Assembly: GCA_965203325.1 (NCBI GenBank)
Contig: OZ241875.1
Coordinates: forward strand, 1,530,212 to 1,594,211
DNA length: 64,000 nt
DNA from: a bacterium
Lineage (GTDB): Bacteria; UBA8248
Reading direction: 5' to 3'
Positions 30,592 through 39,873 of the stretch are shown piece after piece. The position numbers and the translations under genes are program-made. The notes under the pieces were generated by a model. The model saw only the letters and a program-made list of their open reading frames with translations, did not search any database and was not told where the DNA came from. The stretch's first letter is position 1; each line of letters begins with the position of its first letter.

Positions 30592-31575
30592 TTAATCGAT
30601 CTCCACCACCACGTTACCGACGTTCGCGAAATTCTCCATGATCTCGTGCGCGGCGGCGGTATCCTCCAGGGAAAAGCGCGCAGCGATGTGGTGGGTGAGC
30701 GCCCCCGCCTTGCACGCTGTGTTGATGTCGCTGCACGCCTGATCAATCGCCGCGTCCGGCATGGTGTAGACGAACACCATGCGGATGGCCGTGTTCCCGG
30801 GCATCATCTGGTACCAGGGCAGCACGGGTTCGGGAACGCGCGTGGAGCCGTAAGCGGCGACGGTCCCGTTTCCCTTGAGCACCTTGCGGGTGACGTCCAG
30901 GTTCTCGCCGAAATCCACCTCGCAAATCCTGTCCACGCCCGCGCCGCCGGTGATCTCCAGGATGCGCTCCGCTGCGTCCTCATCGCGGTAGTTCACCACG
31001 TGGTCCGCACCCGCCTCGCGCGCGATCCGCGCCTTCTCCTCGTTGCTGACGGTGGCGATGACATCGGCGCCCCCCCACTTGGCGAGCTGCACGCCGTAGC
31101 GCCCCACGGCGCCCGCCCCGCCGGTGACGAGCGCAGTCTGCCCCATGATTGGCCCGTCGATAAAAAGCGCCCTGTGGGCGGTCATCGCCGGAATCGCCAG
31201 ACACGCGCCCTGGGCGAAATCCACCGAATCCGCCAGCGGCACCGCCTGCCGCTCGGGCAGAACGATGAACTCGGCGGCCGTGCCGTAAGGCCTTTGCCAC
31301 TGGCCGTTGAATATCCAGACGCGCTCGCCCACGCGGGCCGCGTCCACACCCTCGCCCACGCTCTCGATGACGCCCGCGCCGTCCGAGTGGGGGATGATTC
31401 TCGGCCAGCGCATCTCGCCGCGCGAACCCAGGCGGCCTTTGTAGTCCGAAGGGTTCGCGCCCGAGGCGTGGAGGCGCACGCGCACTTCGCCCGCGCCGGG
31501 CTCGGGGGTATCGAGTTCACCGAATTTCAGCACTTCATTCGCCGGGCCATACGCTTCATACCAGACGGCTCGCAT
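30592..31575 (-). CDS. NADPH:quinone oxidoreductase / zinc-type MDR family
   Basis: GVNPSDY-like and GGAGAVG Rossmann motifs. RBS GAAGGAGAG. Confidence 0.85.
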   Translation of the reverse strand: MRAVWYEAYGPANEVLKFGELDTPEPGAGEVRVRLHASGANPSDYKGRLGSRGEMRWPRIIPHSDGAGVIESVGEGVDAARVGERVWIFNGQWQRPYGTAAEFIVLPERQAVPLADSVDFAQGACLAIPAMTAHRALFIDGPIMGQTALVTGGAGAVGRYGVQLAKWGGADVIATVSNEEKARIAREAGADHVVNYRDEDAAERILEITGGAGVDRICEVDFGENLDVTRKVLKGNGTVAAYGSTRVPEPVLPWYQMMPGNTAIRMVFVYTMPDAAIDQACSDINTACKAGALTHHIAARFSLEDTAAAHEIMENFANVGNVVVEID

Positions 31576-31669
31576 GATCTCTCCTTCATATAATCATTAT
31601 GAATTGCCTGACAGGATAAAGAACGGAAAACGCCTCCCGCCCGTTAAAGCGCAAAACCTTGCGCCGGTC

Positions 31670-32788
31670 TTACGCCGCGGTACGCTCTCGCTCGATCATC
31701 TCCTTGATTCGGGGAATCAGGTCGCGCGCGGCGCGGTGGCATTCCTCCACGTGGGGGTAGCCCGAGAGGATGAACTCATCGATGCCCAATCGCCAGTAGC
31801 CGAGAAGCTCCTCCGCAATTTGCTGGGGCGTTCCCACGAGCGCGGAGCCGCAGTTCACCCGCACCTGGGAGATGCCGTTCCAAAGATGCGGCCCGACCCG
31901 GAAATCCTCGAACGCGCGCGCCTGTGCGGCGGCGCCGACCATGCTCGTGCCGGCCACCAGCGCGCCGCGCTGCGCCTTCACGGTATCCTCCGCGCGGCTG
32001 AGCAACTCGCGCGTCTCATCCCAGGCATCTTCTTCAGTGTCGCGCATTACCAAGTGGGAGCGCACGCCGAAGACGGGCGTCCGCCCCGCCTCGGCGAAAG
32101 AGGCCCGTGCGCGCTCAAGGTGCTTTCGGGTCTCCTCCACCGGCCCTATCCAACCGAGGTAAACGTCCGACTGCGTTCCCGCGAGCTTGAGTGCGGCGGG
32201 CGATGCGCCGCCGAGATAGAACTGGGGCGTCTCTCCCGCCGGGCCGGGCGAGCAGTGCACATCGCTCAGCTTCACGAACTTCCCGTCGAAGCTGACGGGC
32301 TCGGGTTTTTCCCATAGCTTGCGGATGGCGGCTATGAACTCCTCCGCGCGTTCGTAGCGCGTATCGTGGTCGATCCGCTCGCCCATCTTCTCGAACTCGC
32401 CCTTGATGCCGCCGGGCACGACGTTCAGGTCCACGCGCCCGCCCGTAATCTGGCTGAGCGTGGCCGCCATCTGCGCGAACAGGCCGGGGTTCACGAAGCC
32501 GGGGCGCACGGCGATGAGAAAACGTATCTTCTCGCTCCGCGCGGCCAGCGCCGTCACCATCGTCCAGGTCTCCGCCAGGGGGGCGCCCTGGTCGAAAAGC
32601 CCGTTGGCAAAGCGCGTGGGGATGAGCATGGAGTAGAAGCCGTTCTCCTCCGCCGCCTTCACCACCTCGCTCAGGTATTCAAACGTGGGCGGACGCTCGG
32701 CCCGCAGCGTGCCGATGTGCGCGCCGTCACCGTCGATCGGAATGAACCAGTCGAAGCGCGGCGCCGGACGTTCGTGATTGTTGGCCAT
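31670..32788 (-). CDS. LLM-class flavin/F420-dependent oxidoreductase (SsuD-like)
   Basis: MANNHERPAPRFDWFIPIDGDG... N-terminal region of the luciferase-like monooxygenase family. Confidence 0.8.
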   Translation of the reverse strand: MANNHERPAPRFDWFIPIDGDGAHIGTLRAERPPTFEYLSEVVKAAEENGFYSMLIPTRFANGLFDQGAPLAETWTMVTALAARSEKIRFLIAVRPGFVNPGLFAQMAATLSQITGGRVDLNVVPGGIKGEFEKMGERIDHDTRYERAEEFIAAIRKLWEKPEPVSFDGKFVKLSDVHCSPGPAGETPQFYLGGASPAALKLAGTQSDVYLGWIGPVEETRKHLERARASFAEAGRTPVFGVRSHLVMRDTEEDAWDETRELLSRAEDTVKAQRGALVAGTSMVGAAAQARAFEDFRVGPHLWNGISQVRVNCGSALVGTPQQIAEELLGYWRLGIDEFILSGYPHVEECHRAARDLIPRIKEMIERERTAA

Positions 32789-32991
32789 GCGGAATACTCC
32801 CCTGCGTTTTCAGTATGAAATTCCGGCGATTCTATTACAGAAGCAGGGGGCTTGAAAGGCGGTGGCGCTCCGCAATTCCAGTCACTTCCGAACCTGCCAT
32901 TTCTTCATACAGCAGGGCGGTTCGCGAACCACCCCTGCCAAAGGGGGATATCCGTAAAGAATGGAGAACGAGAAACAGGCTGCTTATGATG

Positions 32992-33020
32992 CCCTTTTGA
33001 CTTTTCGGTCCAAAATCGCT
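32992..33020 (+). promoter_or_regulatory. candidate promoter for 33076 gene
   Basis: TTGACT-N17-TAGTCT, same hexamers and spacing as the thiC leader promoter. Confidence 0.3.
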
Positions 33021-33075
33021 AGTCTCCGTGTAGAGGACCCGTACTCTTTCTTACTCACCGGAGGCGGGGGGAACC

Positions 33076-33525
33076 ATGCAAAAACTCTTCGATCATTTCA
33101 AAACCAACGCCGGCGTATGGACGTTCGGGCTATTCATGGCCGCGATAGCGGGCGGCATCTATCAATTCACGGTATTCATGGTCAGCGCCCAGGTCACGCC
33201 CGTCAGCGAGCGCGTCGATGCGGAAGTCAAGAGGCTCGACGCGGCGGATGGGAACACGAACATCAGAATCGCCGATTTCAAGGAGCACATGGACGAGCGT
33301 TTCGACGAATTGAAGAGAGGCGTGGGTGACCTCAAAGAAGATGTAAAGCGCAACAGGGAGCGAATCGATCTTCTCGACAAAAAAATCGAGAGGAAAATAG
33401 AATTCCTGGATCGGAAAATAAGCCGTTTGGATGCGAAAATCGACAAGAAATTCGACCTGCTGGATGCGAAAATGGACGAGAAGTTCAACCTCATCCTGCT
33501 GAGGCTCCCGCCGCTCAAGAAATAG
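33076..33525 (+). CDS. hypothetical membrane-anchored coiled-coil protein with 11-residue repeats
   Basis: N-terminal TM helix. The C-terminus carries four 11-mers (IDLLDKKIERK, IEFLDRKISRL, DAKIDKKFDLL, DAKMDEKFNLI). RBS GGAGG. The antisense ORF 33162..33554 is rejected. Confidence 0.55.
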   Translation: MQKLFDHFKTNAGVWTFGLFMAAIAGGIYQFTVFMVSAQVTPVSERVDAEVKRLDAADGNTNIRIADFKEHMDERFDELKRGVGDLKEDVKRNRERIDLLDKKIERKIEFLDRKISRLDAKIDKKFDLLDAKMDEKFNLILLRLPPLKK

Positions 33526-33578
33526 TTTTCAGATATCGGTCTATGAGCGCTCACGCTCGAATACCCGCCGCATAACCC

Positions 33579-34211
33579 TCAAGCCAGCGTTTCGCCGAGC
33601 GCCGCCAGTTCATCGAGCGCATCCCTGGCGAAGGAACTCTGGAAGACGGCCTCCGCTGCAGCCCCCGGATAGACGGCCCACAGCGCGTCCTTATCGCAGA
33701 ACAAGATGGTGGTGAGAGGCCGCAAAACGATCGCGCCTACAGTTTCGTGCACGTCGGGCCGGTTGATCCACCTGCGGAACGAGGCTTCGCAGTCCGCCGC
33801 AAGTGTGAGTTCTGAATCCCAGAGCGGATCGCCCGAATAGAAGTTCTGAAGATTCGGGCCGGCGAATTCATTCTCAAGATATGCGCGCTCAAGCGGCTGG
33901 AGGCTTTCCGCTTTCTTGTGGATTCTGAACGAATGAGACGCCGCGCAGGCGACGCCTATCCGCATCGTGGCGGGGCTTTGGCGAGATTGCGCGCGATACT
34001 CGAACCACACGCTCTTGCCCGAATAGCGGCCCCGCAAATGGCCGCCTTCGAGATGCGACGTTCCCGCATCCAGAATTTCTGCCAGCGGCTTCATCCGGCG
34101 GGCGAGCCACACGTCGCGGAAGAAGACGTAATAGACGACTGCGCCGAGAACCACCGCCAGGGCGAGGAGGCTCGGTCCGTCCAAATGCACTCCAAAAAGC
34201 GACAAACCCAT
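33579..34211 (-). CDS. hypothetical protein with one N-terminal TM helix
   Basis: ORF with hydrophobic N-terminus LLALAVVLGAVVYYVFF. No recognisable family. Lies downstream, same strand, of the NTPase gene. Confidence 0.45.
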   Translation of the reverse strand: MGLSLFGVHLDGPSLLALAVVLGAVVYYVFFRDVWLARRMKPLAEILDAGTSHLEGGHLRGRYSGKSVWFEYRAQSRQSPATMRIGVACAASHSFRIHKKAESLQPLERAYLENEFAGPNLQNFYSGDPLWDSELTLAADCEASFRRWINRPDVHETVGAIVLRPLTTILFCDKDALWAVYPGAAAEAVFQSSFARDALDELAALGETLA

Positions 34212-34336
34212 AGGCTCAAAACCTTTTGGTGAACCATCTCACAAGTCTACAAACCATCTTTGAGAATCCTACGCTCCGCGAGTCTGGATTCCGGCTTTCG
34301 CCGGAATGACGATGAGAAAAACATTCCCGCAAGAGT

Positions 34337-36685
34337 CTATTCAGCATCACTAAACCTTACTTTTCCTCCGCTAGATTCAACAGCTTCGATTATGATCTTC
34401 CGTATCTCGGACAGAAACTTTCTTGACAGCGGGGGCATCACAGCTTCGGGAAGCGGTGCCGTCTCGTCATAGATATTGCGGATATCACGGGTTCGCAGGC
34501 GTGTGGAACCCCTGCCGCGACGATCATAGGCAGTCCGCCAATCTTCAAGATGTTCTTTGATCAAACGTCGATGAGCCAAACCATCTATAGCCCCGGATAC
34601 TCTTTCCCGCACACTTTCGATCGCCGCTTGCCTCTCTCTTTCATCCCCCTCATTCTTGAGTTCACGAGTCCAACTGGTCGGCTGGTCCAGAAACCGCGAA
34701 ATGGATTCAGTCAATCGATCACTCAGATCCGCAACGGGACGAAGTTCAACATATTCGACGTTGAGTTCGTCCGCGATGCGTCGATTGAGAGCTTTGATAC
34801 TAGCCCAGTGTGCCTTATTTGTTCCTTCGTAACTGCCGAACCCAAGTATAGCCAGCCAACGATTCTGAAATTTCTCAACCGCTTCTCTCACAGCAAGAGC
34901 AATGCCGTCTGTGTCGTAGACAGGACAGGCTTCGGACAATGGCGTTGGTGAGATAGCTTGCTCACAGAATTGGGTCAGTCTCTTCATTTCTTCTTGCACG
35001 AAATTGTTTGCCGCTGGAGGTAACTTGGAAAGTTTCTTATCGACGCCGCCGAGTATGAAACATCGGCCGTCAATTTCCTGTTCCATGCTTCTGGCGACTG
35101 GTTCACTTAGAATGTCCATGTCCCTCAAGCTGGATAGAGCATTCCGGACTGAATCCATAACATGGTTCCGCTTGTCGCTGAATGTTCGAAGATTTTGCCC
35201 CTTTATCTGATCAAAGTGAGTAAAAGCGATTGCGGTTTTGCTGTTGTGGCCACGAGTGGCAACAGCGCGGAGCACTGAAAGAGGAGCAGCCTGCATCGGC
35301 TGCTGAGCATTGTCTACGAGGAGAATGACGTCTGCTTGGTTAAACCGCTCGGTGATATGAGTGGGGACACTAGAGGAAGAATCCGCCGTATGCCCCAAGC
35401 CTTGTCCGTCTATGAGTACTAGTTTTGGTGTATCGTTGGAAAAGTCTGGAAACAAAGGCCCTTTAACGCGAATCCCCTCTACGAGGGGTGTCAACAATCG
35501 ACCAAAATCCCGCCAAAAATTGCTGGAGAACCAGCGGATATTGCGAATGAATTCATCCCGGTCTTCTGTGTTGAACAACCAAAATATGGGCCACCCCTCC
35601 GAGGAATGCCGACATATCTCTCCCGCTTTCAAAAGGTCGAACCGCGCCCGGAGCGCATCCAACACATTATGGACAAGCGCATAATAATGATCGTCATTGC
35701 TGATGTAGGTGTCGAGTTCTTCTTCGATTAACTGCTTCGCTGCATCACGGTCGGGGTTAGCAGGATTATCGAAATCAACGCCGAGGTCGGCTGATAATCG
35801 TTCGCGGGCTCTCTTTGTCAACTGCAAGATCTGATCGATGAACCCTTCAAGAACGTCCCGGTTTTCGGCTCTTTCACCATCCGTGAGACCCGTTTCTTCA
35901 TTAGTGTTTGGGCTCACGCTCACATCTTCCTCATAATCGAAAGAAAACTCATCTTCTTCACTGTGCTGTTCAGTGGCCTCTCGCCATCCCCCGAGAACAT
36001 AGCTGAGACGGAATTTTTGGTCGCGATGATTCAGGAAGCGTTCGGCTATTTTGTCTCTGAGAGCACCTTCGTACGCAGCAAGACAGGCATCAATGATGCA
36101 TTCTTCTACGTTCGCTTGAACCTGAAACTCGGTAAAGAATGTAACGACAGCCTCAAAACTGCCCTCTGCCTGCACGACTTCGATGTCGGCAATCGTAGTC
36201 TTGTTAGGGGCTGTTGACGGGAACCGGTCATTATCGGGGTCCGATCCGATAAGTTGCCTTAGCAGCGAAGTCTTTCCGGCCCCGGTCGTCCCAACGAATA
36301 AAACGCGTGAATAGCCATCTTCCTTTCTAGGAAGTGGGATGTGGACTTCTCGCAGGTCTCCCGGCTTGGATCGCCCGGCTTGGATCGCATCATAGAATGC
36401 GTTGACAATGACCTTTGAGAAGCGTTGCTCCGCTTCGGGACGTTTGGTGCTGTTCCACCAGGATCGGTCAGAAAGAATCGTATTCATTTCAGCAACTAGA
36501 CTATCCGCCTCGATTTCGTTTTCCGTCCCCAGACCACGACGCATTTTGAGACCCGTCTTCCCTTTGGCGTCCTTTCGGAGGGGATGACGAAAGCTGATTG
36601 ACCATCCTGGACGATTCGTGCGTGATTTCGAGGCGGTATAGGTTCGGTCAGGCGCGTCATTGTTTTTTGCCACTTTTCTCACCAT
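34337..36685 (-). CDS. large P-loop NTPase of unknown family (782 aa); candidate defence-island protein
   Basis: Walker A VLFVGTTGAGKTSLLRQLIG, DxxG-like KLVLIDGQGLGH and TxxD-like AFTHFDQIKG motifs. AGGAGG RBS. Visibly lower GC than the flanks. Confidence 0.7.
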   Translation of the reverse strand: MVRKVAKNNDAPDRTYTASKSRTNRPGWSISFRHPLRKDAKGKTGLKMRRGLGTENEIEADSLVAEMNTILSDRSWWNSTKRPEAEQRFSKVIVNAFYDAIQAGRSKPGDLREVHIPLPRKEDGYSRVLFVGTTGAGKTSLLRQLIGSDPDNDRFPSTAPNKTTIADIEVVQAEGSFEAVVTFFTEFQVQANVEECIIDACLAAYEGALRDKIAERFLNHRDQKFRLSYVLGGWREATEQHSEEDEFSFDYEEDVSVSPNTNEETGLTDGERAENRDVLEGFIDQILQLTKRARERLSADLGVDFDNPANPDRDAAKQLIEEELDTYISNDDHYYALVHNVLDALRARFDLLKAGEICRHSSEGWPIFWLFNTEDRDEFIRNIRWFSSNFWRDFGRLLTPLVEGIRVKGPLFPDFSNDTPKLVLIDGQGLGHTADSSSSVPTHITERFNQADVILLVDNAQQPMQAAPLSVLRAVATRGHNSKTAIAFTHFDQIKGQNLRTFSDKRNHVMDSVRNALSSLRDMDILSEPVARSMEQEIDGRCFILGGVDKKLSKLPPAANNFVQEEMKRLTQFCEQAISPTPLSEACPVYDTDGIALAVREAVEKFQNRWLAILGFGSYEGTNKAHWASIKALNRRIADELNVEYVELRPVADLSDRLTESISRFLDQPTSWTRELKNEGDERERQAAIESVRERVSGAIDGLAHRRLIKEHLEDWRTAYDRRGRGSTRLRTRDIRNIYDETAPLPEAVMPPLSRKFLSEIRKIIIEAVESSGGKVRFSDAE

Positions 36686-36741
36686 TCAATCCTCCTAATG
36701 AATGTATCCCGAAACAACAATGCGTTGTTCCTTGTTGTGGC

Positions 36742-36770
36742 AATATATGACGAACGCAGGATTTTGTCAA
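36742..36770 (-). promoter_or_regulatory. near-consensus sigma70 promoter of the NTPase gene
   Basis: Minus strand TTGACA-N17-TATATT. The 5'UTR contains the inverted repeat AACAACgcattGTTGTT. Confidence 0.45.
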
Positions 36771-36866
36771 GAATTTTAGTACAACTCGGAACAACATTTT
36801 TAGAATAAATTAAAGAGTAAGTTCATCTCACCAAAAAACAACCCCACCAACCATCCGTGTATGACT

Positions 36867-37370
36867 CTATGAAAGACCCTCCTGCGCATCCCGCCAGGCG
36901 GGGCGGCTGCCGGGGAACATGTCCGAATCGTGGAACACCTCGATGCGGTTGCCGTCGGGGTCCAGGAAATATATGCCTTCGTGTCCGCCCCAGAGGCCGT
37001 TGCTCGCATCGAGGCGCAAGGGGCCCCAGACGACCTCGATGTCGGGGCGCGAGCGGATGTAGGCCACCGCGTCGTCGAACGCTTGCTGGTCGGCCACCTC
37101 GAACGCGAGGTGGTGCAGGCCTACGTCGCGGCGCGGCACGGTGTCCTCGCCTTCTTCTTCCACCCAGTCTTCGGGCACGCTGAATATCGCCAGTTGGTGG
37201 TGGTAGTCATCCAGATACATGAACGCCGAGCCGAACGGCGCCGCCGGGTGGCTGCCCGCCTCGTGGCGCGAGCGCAGCTTGAAGCCCAGGACTTCGGAAT
37301 AGAACTTGATGGCGCGATCCAGATCGCGCACCTTGATGCCCATGTGCTGCAGGCGGATGGAGCGAATCAT
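36867..37370 (-). CDS. VOC family protein (glyoxalase / extradiol dioxygenase fold)
   Basis: Paired beta-alpha-beta-beta-beta modules, HHLAFEV motif. RBS GGGAGG. Confidence 0.8.
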   Translation of the reverse strand: MIRSIRLQHMGIKVRDLDRAIKFYSEVLGFKLRSRHEAGSHPAAPFGSAFMYLDDYHHQLAIFSVPEDWVEEEGEDTVPRRDVGLHHLAFEVADQQAFDDAVAYIRSRPDIEVVWGPLRLDASNGLWGGHEGIYFLDPDGNRIEVFHDSDMFPGSRPAWRDAQEGLS

Positions 37371-37580
37371 CGAAGGCCTCCCGAGAGTATGACCCGATAA
37401 GCGAAAGCAGCTCAGCGTTTGGTTCGAGGATACGCGATCCGCCCGCCGGCGTCATCGCCCGGACAGTCCCCTCATGGCCGATCCCCCGCCGCCCTTGCCG
37501 AGATGGCCCAAGTGGAGTATTCCATGAGGGCACGGGAACCCATATCGGTCGATTCCGCAATTTCAGATGTTTTTCCTCGC

Positions 37581-38381
37581 ATGGAGGTCTTCGCCTTGCC
37601 CATCATCACGAACGAGACGAAAAGAAAATCCTACGCCGGAGAGGTCACCCTGGGCGCGGGCGTGCGCATGGCGCGAACGGTGGAGGTCGGCCTCGCCATG
37701 AAGGCCGCCGGCTTCGACTGGCTCTTCATCGATCTCGAACACGGACCCTTCGATCTGGAAACCGCACAGCAGATATCCATCGCCGCCCTGACACAAGGGA
37801 TCACGCCGCTCGTGCGCGTGGCGTCGCTCGACCCGCACCTGAGCACGCGGATTCTGGACTCAGGCGCGCAGGGCATCGTCCTGCCGCACGTGAACAACGC
37901 GCAAGAGGCCGAGGAATTCGTCAAAATCTGCAAATTCCCGCCCGAGGGCGGACGCAGCGCGGGCGGGGGGCTGGCCCACGGCCGCTTCGAGGCCATGGAC
38001 CCGATGGCGCTTCTGAGCGGCATCAACGACGAGACGCTGCTCGTCGCCATGATCGAGACGCCCGAAGCAGGCGATGAGGCGGACGCCATCGCCGCCGTGG
38101 AGGGAATCGACGTGCTGCTCATCGGCACGAACGACCTGAGCCTGGGGATGGGCATCGTCGGCCAGCACGACCACCCCAAAGTCAACAAGGTGTATGACCA
38201 GGTGAACGCCGCCTGTCAGAAACACGGCAAGATAGCCGGCATGGGCGGGTCCTATGATCCCAGGATGATCGAGCGCAGAATCAAGGAGGGGATGCGCTTC
38301 ATCCTCTCGGGCAGCGACCTGAACTTCATGAGCGCCGGCGCCAAGGCCCAGGCGGACATGATTCGAGAACTCGCGGGTTGA
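37581..38381 (+). CDS. HpcH/HpaI family aldolase
   Basis: GFDWLFIDLEHGP and LLVAMIET motifs. Start trimmed to MEVFAL. Confidence 0.8.
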   Translation: MEVFALPIITNETKRKSYAGEVTLGAGVRMARTVEVGLAMKAAGFDWLFIDLEHGPFDLETAQQISIAALTQGITPLVRVASLDPHLSTRILDSGAQGIVLPHVNNAQEAEEFVKICKFPPEGGRSAGGGLAHGRFEAMDPMALLSGINDETLLVAMIETPEAGDEADAIAAVEGIDVLLIGTNDLSLGMGIVGQHDHPKVNKVYDQVNAACQKHGKIAGMGGSYDPRMIERRIKEGMRFILSGSDLNFMSAGAKAQADMIRELAG

Positions 38382-38438
38382 GTTTCCCGCTCAAACTCCA
38401 ATTGCCATTCGCAATTTTCATGATAACGGGGAGAAAAA

Positions 38439-39281
38439 ATGAAACTTTTGACTTATGAATCGGATACGGGCCCGCGCGTCGCTGTATTAACGGAAAACGG
38501 CGTGGAGGACGTCGTCCCCCAGACGGGCGACGCTGCGGAAGTCATCGCCCGGGGCGGGACGCCCGAGACCAGCGGCGAGCCGGTGGCGTTCGAATCCATC
38601 AAAATGCTCCCGCCGGTGGCGAAACTCGCGCGGCCCGTCATCGCCGTGGGGCTCAACTACAAGAAACACGCCGATGAGGGTGCGCGCAAATACGGACGCC
38701 CGGTGGGCGTCTACCCCGAGATTCCGGTGTTCTTCTGCAAGTGGCCGGGTTCGCACAACAGGCCGGACGGGGAAATCATCATGCACGGGAACGTGAACGA
38801 ACTCGACTATGAGTGCGAACTCGTCATCGTGATCGGCAAGGAGGGAATCAACATCTCCGTCGAAGAAGCCATGAATCACGTATACGGCTACACCATCATG
38901 AACGAGGTATCGGCGCGGGACGTGCAGCGCGCCCACAACCAGTGGTTCAAGGGCAAGGCGCTCGACAGCTTCGGCCCCTTGGGCCCCTGGATCGTCACCA
39001 AGGACGAGGCGGGCGACGGGAACAATCTGGCCGTGATGACGCGCGTGAACGGCCGGACGCGGCAGAGCTCGAACACGAACGACATGATCTTCGATATCGC
39101 CACCGTCGTCTCTGTGCTTTCGGAGAGCTTCACGCTCGTGCCCGGCGACATGATCGCCACCGGCACGCCCGAGGGCGTGGGCTTCGCCATGGACCCGCCG
39201 GGGCTTCTGAACGTGGGCGACGTGGTGGAGTGCGAGGTCGAGAACATCGGCGTGCTCAGGAGCACCGTCGTCGCGCCGTAA
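38439..39281 (+). CDS. fumarylacetoacetate hydrolase (FAH) family protein
   Basis: IIAVGLNYKKHA...ELDYECELVIVIGK FAH signature. RBS GGGGAGAAAA. Confidence 0.85.
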   Translation: MKLLTYESDTGPRVAVLTENGVEDVVPQTGDAAEVIARGGTPETSGEPVAFESIKMLPPVAKLARPVIAVGLNYKKHADEGARKYGRPVGVYPEIPVFFCKWPGSHNRPDGEIIMHGNVNELDYECELVIVIGKEGINISVEEAMNHVYGYTIMNEVSARDVQRAHNQWFKGKALDSFGPLGPWIVTKDEAGDGNNLAVMTRVNGRTRQSSNTNDMIFDIATVVSVLSESFTLVPGDMIATGTPEGVGFAMDPPGLLNVGDVVECEVENIGVLRSTVVAP

Positions 39282-39372
39282 ACCCTTGATGAAGGTGGGC
39301 TGATTCCGGCGATTTTGGAGATACGAGCGCACCGAGGACATTCCGTGGAACTTCGCCCCGGCGAATGGGACT

Positions 39373-39873
39373 TTACGTCAGCGTTTGCTTGAGGTAGGGC
39401 ACGAGGCCGCCCGCCTTCACCATGTCCATGATGTGGTCGGGCAGGGGCTCGGCTTGTAAGGTCTGGCCCTTCGTGAGGTTCTCGACCCTGCCCGCGATGG
39501 GGTCGACGCGGACGCGGTCGCCCTGCGCTATCGATTCCGCATCGGCGCAGATGAGCACGGGCAGCCCGATGCAAAGAGAATTCCTGAAAAAATTCCGCGC
39601 GAACGTCCGCGCGATGACGGCGCCCACGCCCGCGCCCTTGATGCCGCGCGGGGCCGTCTCGCGGCTCGAGCCGCAGCCGAAGTTCCGCCCGCCGATGATG
39701 ACGTCGCCCGCCTGCACGTTTTTGGGGAAATCGGGGTCGACCCCCTCCATGGCGTGCGCGCCCAGTTCCTCATCGGGCAGGCTCGCGTATTTGGAAGGCA
39801 TGATGTAACCCGTATCCACGTTGTCGCCGAACACCCAGGCGCCGCCCTCGATGGTTTGCGTCTCGCCCCTCAT
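39373..39873 (-). CDS. leuD: 3-isopropylmalate dehydratase small subunit family (LeuD-like)
   Basis: Aconitase swivel domain GDNVDTGYIMP...GGRNFGCGSSRE. ATG overlaps the leuC stop (ATGA). The 314-aa track ORF is in the wrong frame upstream. Confidence 0.85.
   Translation of the reverse strand: MRGETQTIEGGAWVFGDNVDTGYIMPSKYASLPDEELGAHAMEGVDPDFPKNVQAGDVIIGGRNFGCGSSRETAPRGIKGAGVGAVIARTFARNFFRNSLCIGLPVLICADAESIAQGDRVRVDPIAGRVENLTKGQTLQAEPLPDHIMDMVKAGGLVPYLKQTLT

Noticed and set aside
33162-33554. Minus-strand 130-aa ORF
   Set aside because: It is antisense to the coiled-coil gene. It has an S/R/L-rich junk composition and no RBS. The plus-strand gene has a GGAGG RBS and TM plus repeat structure.
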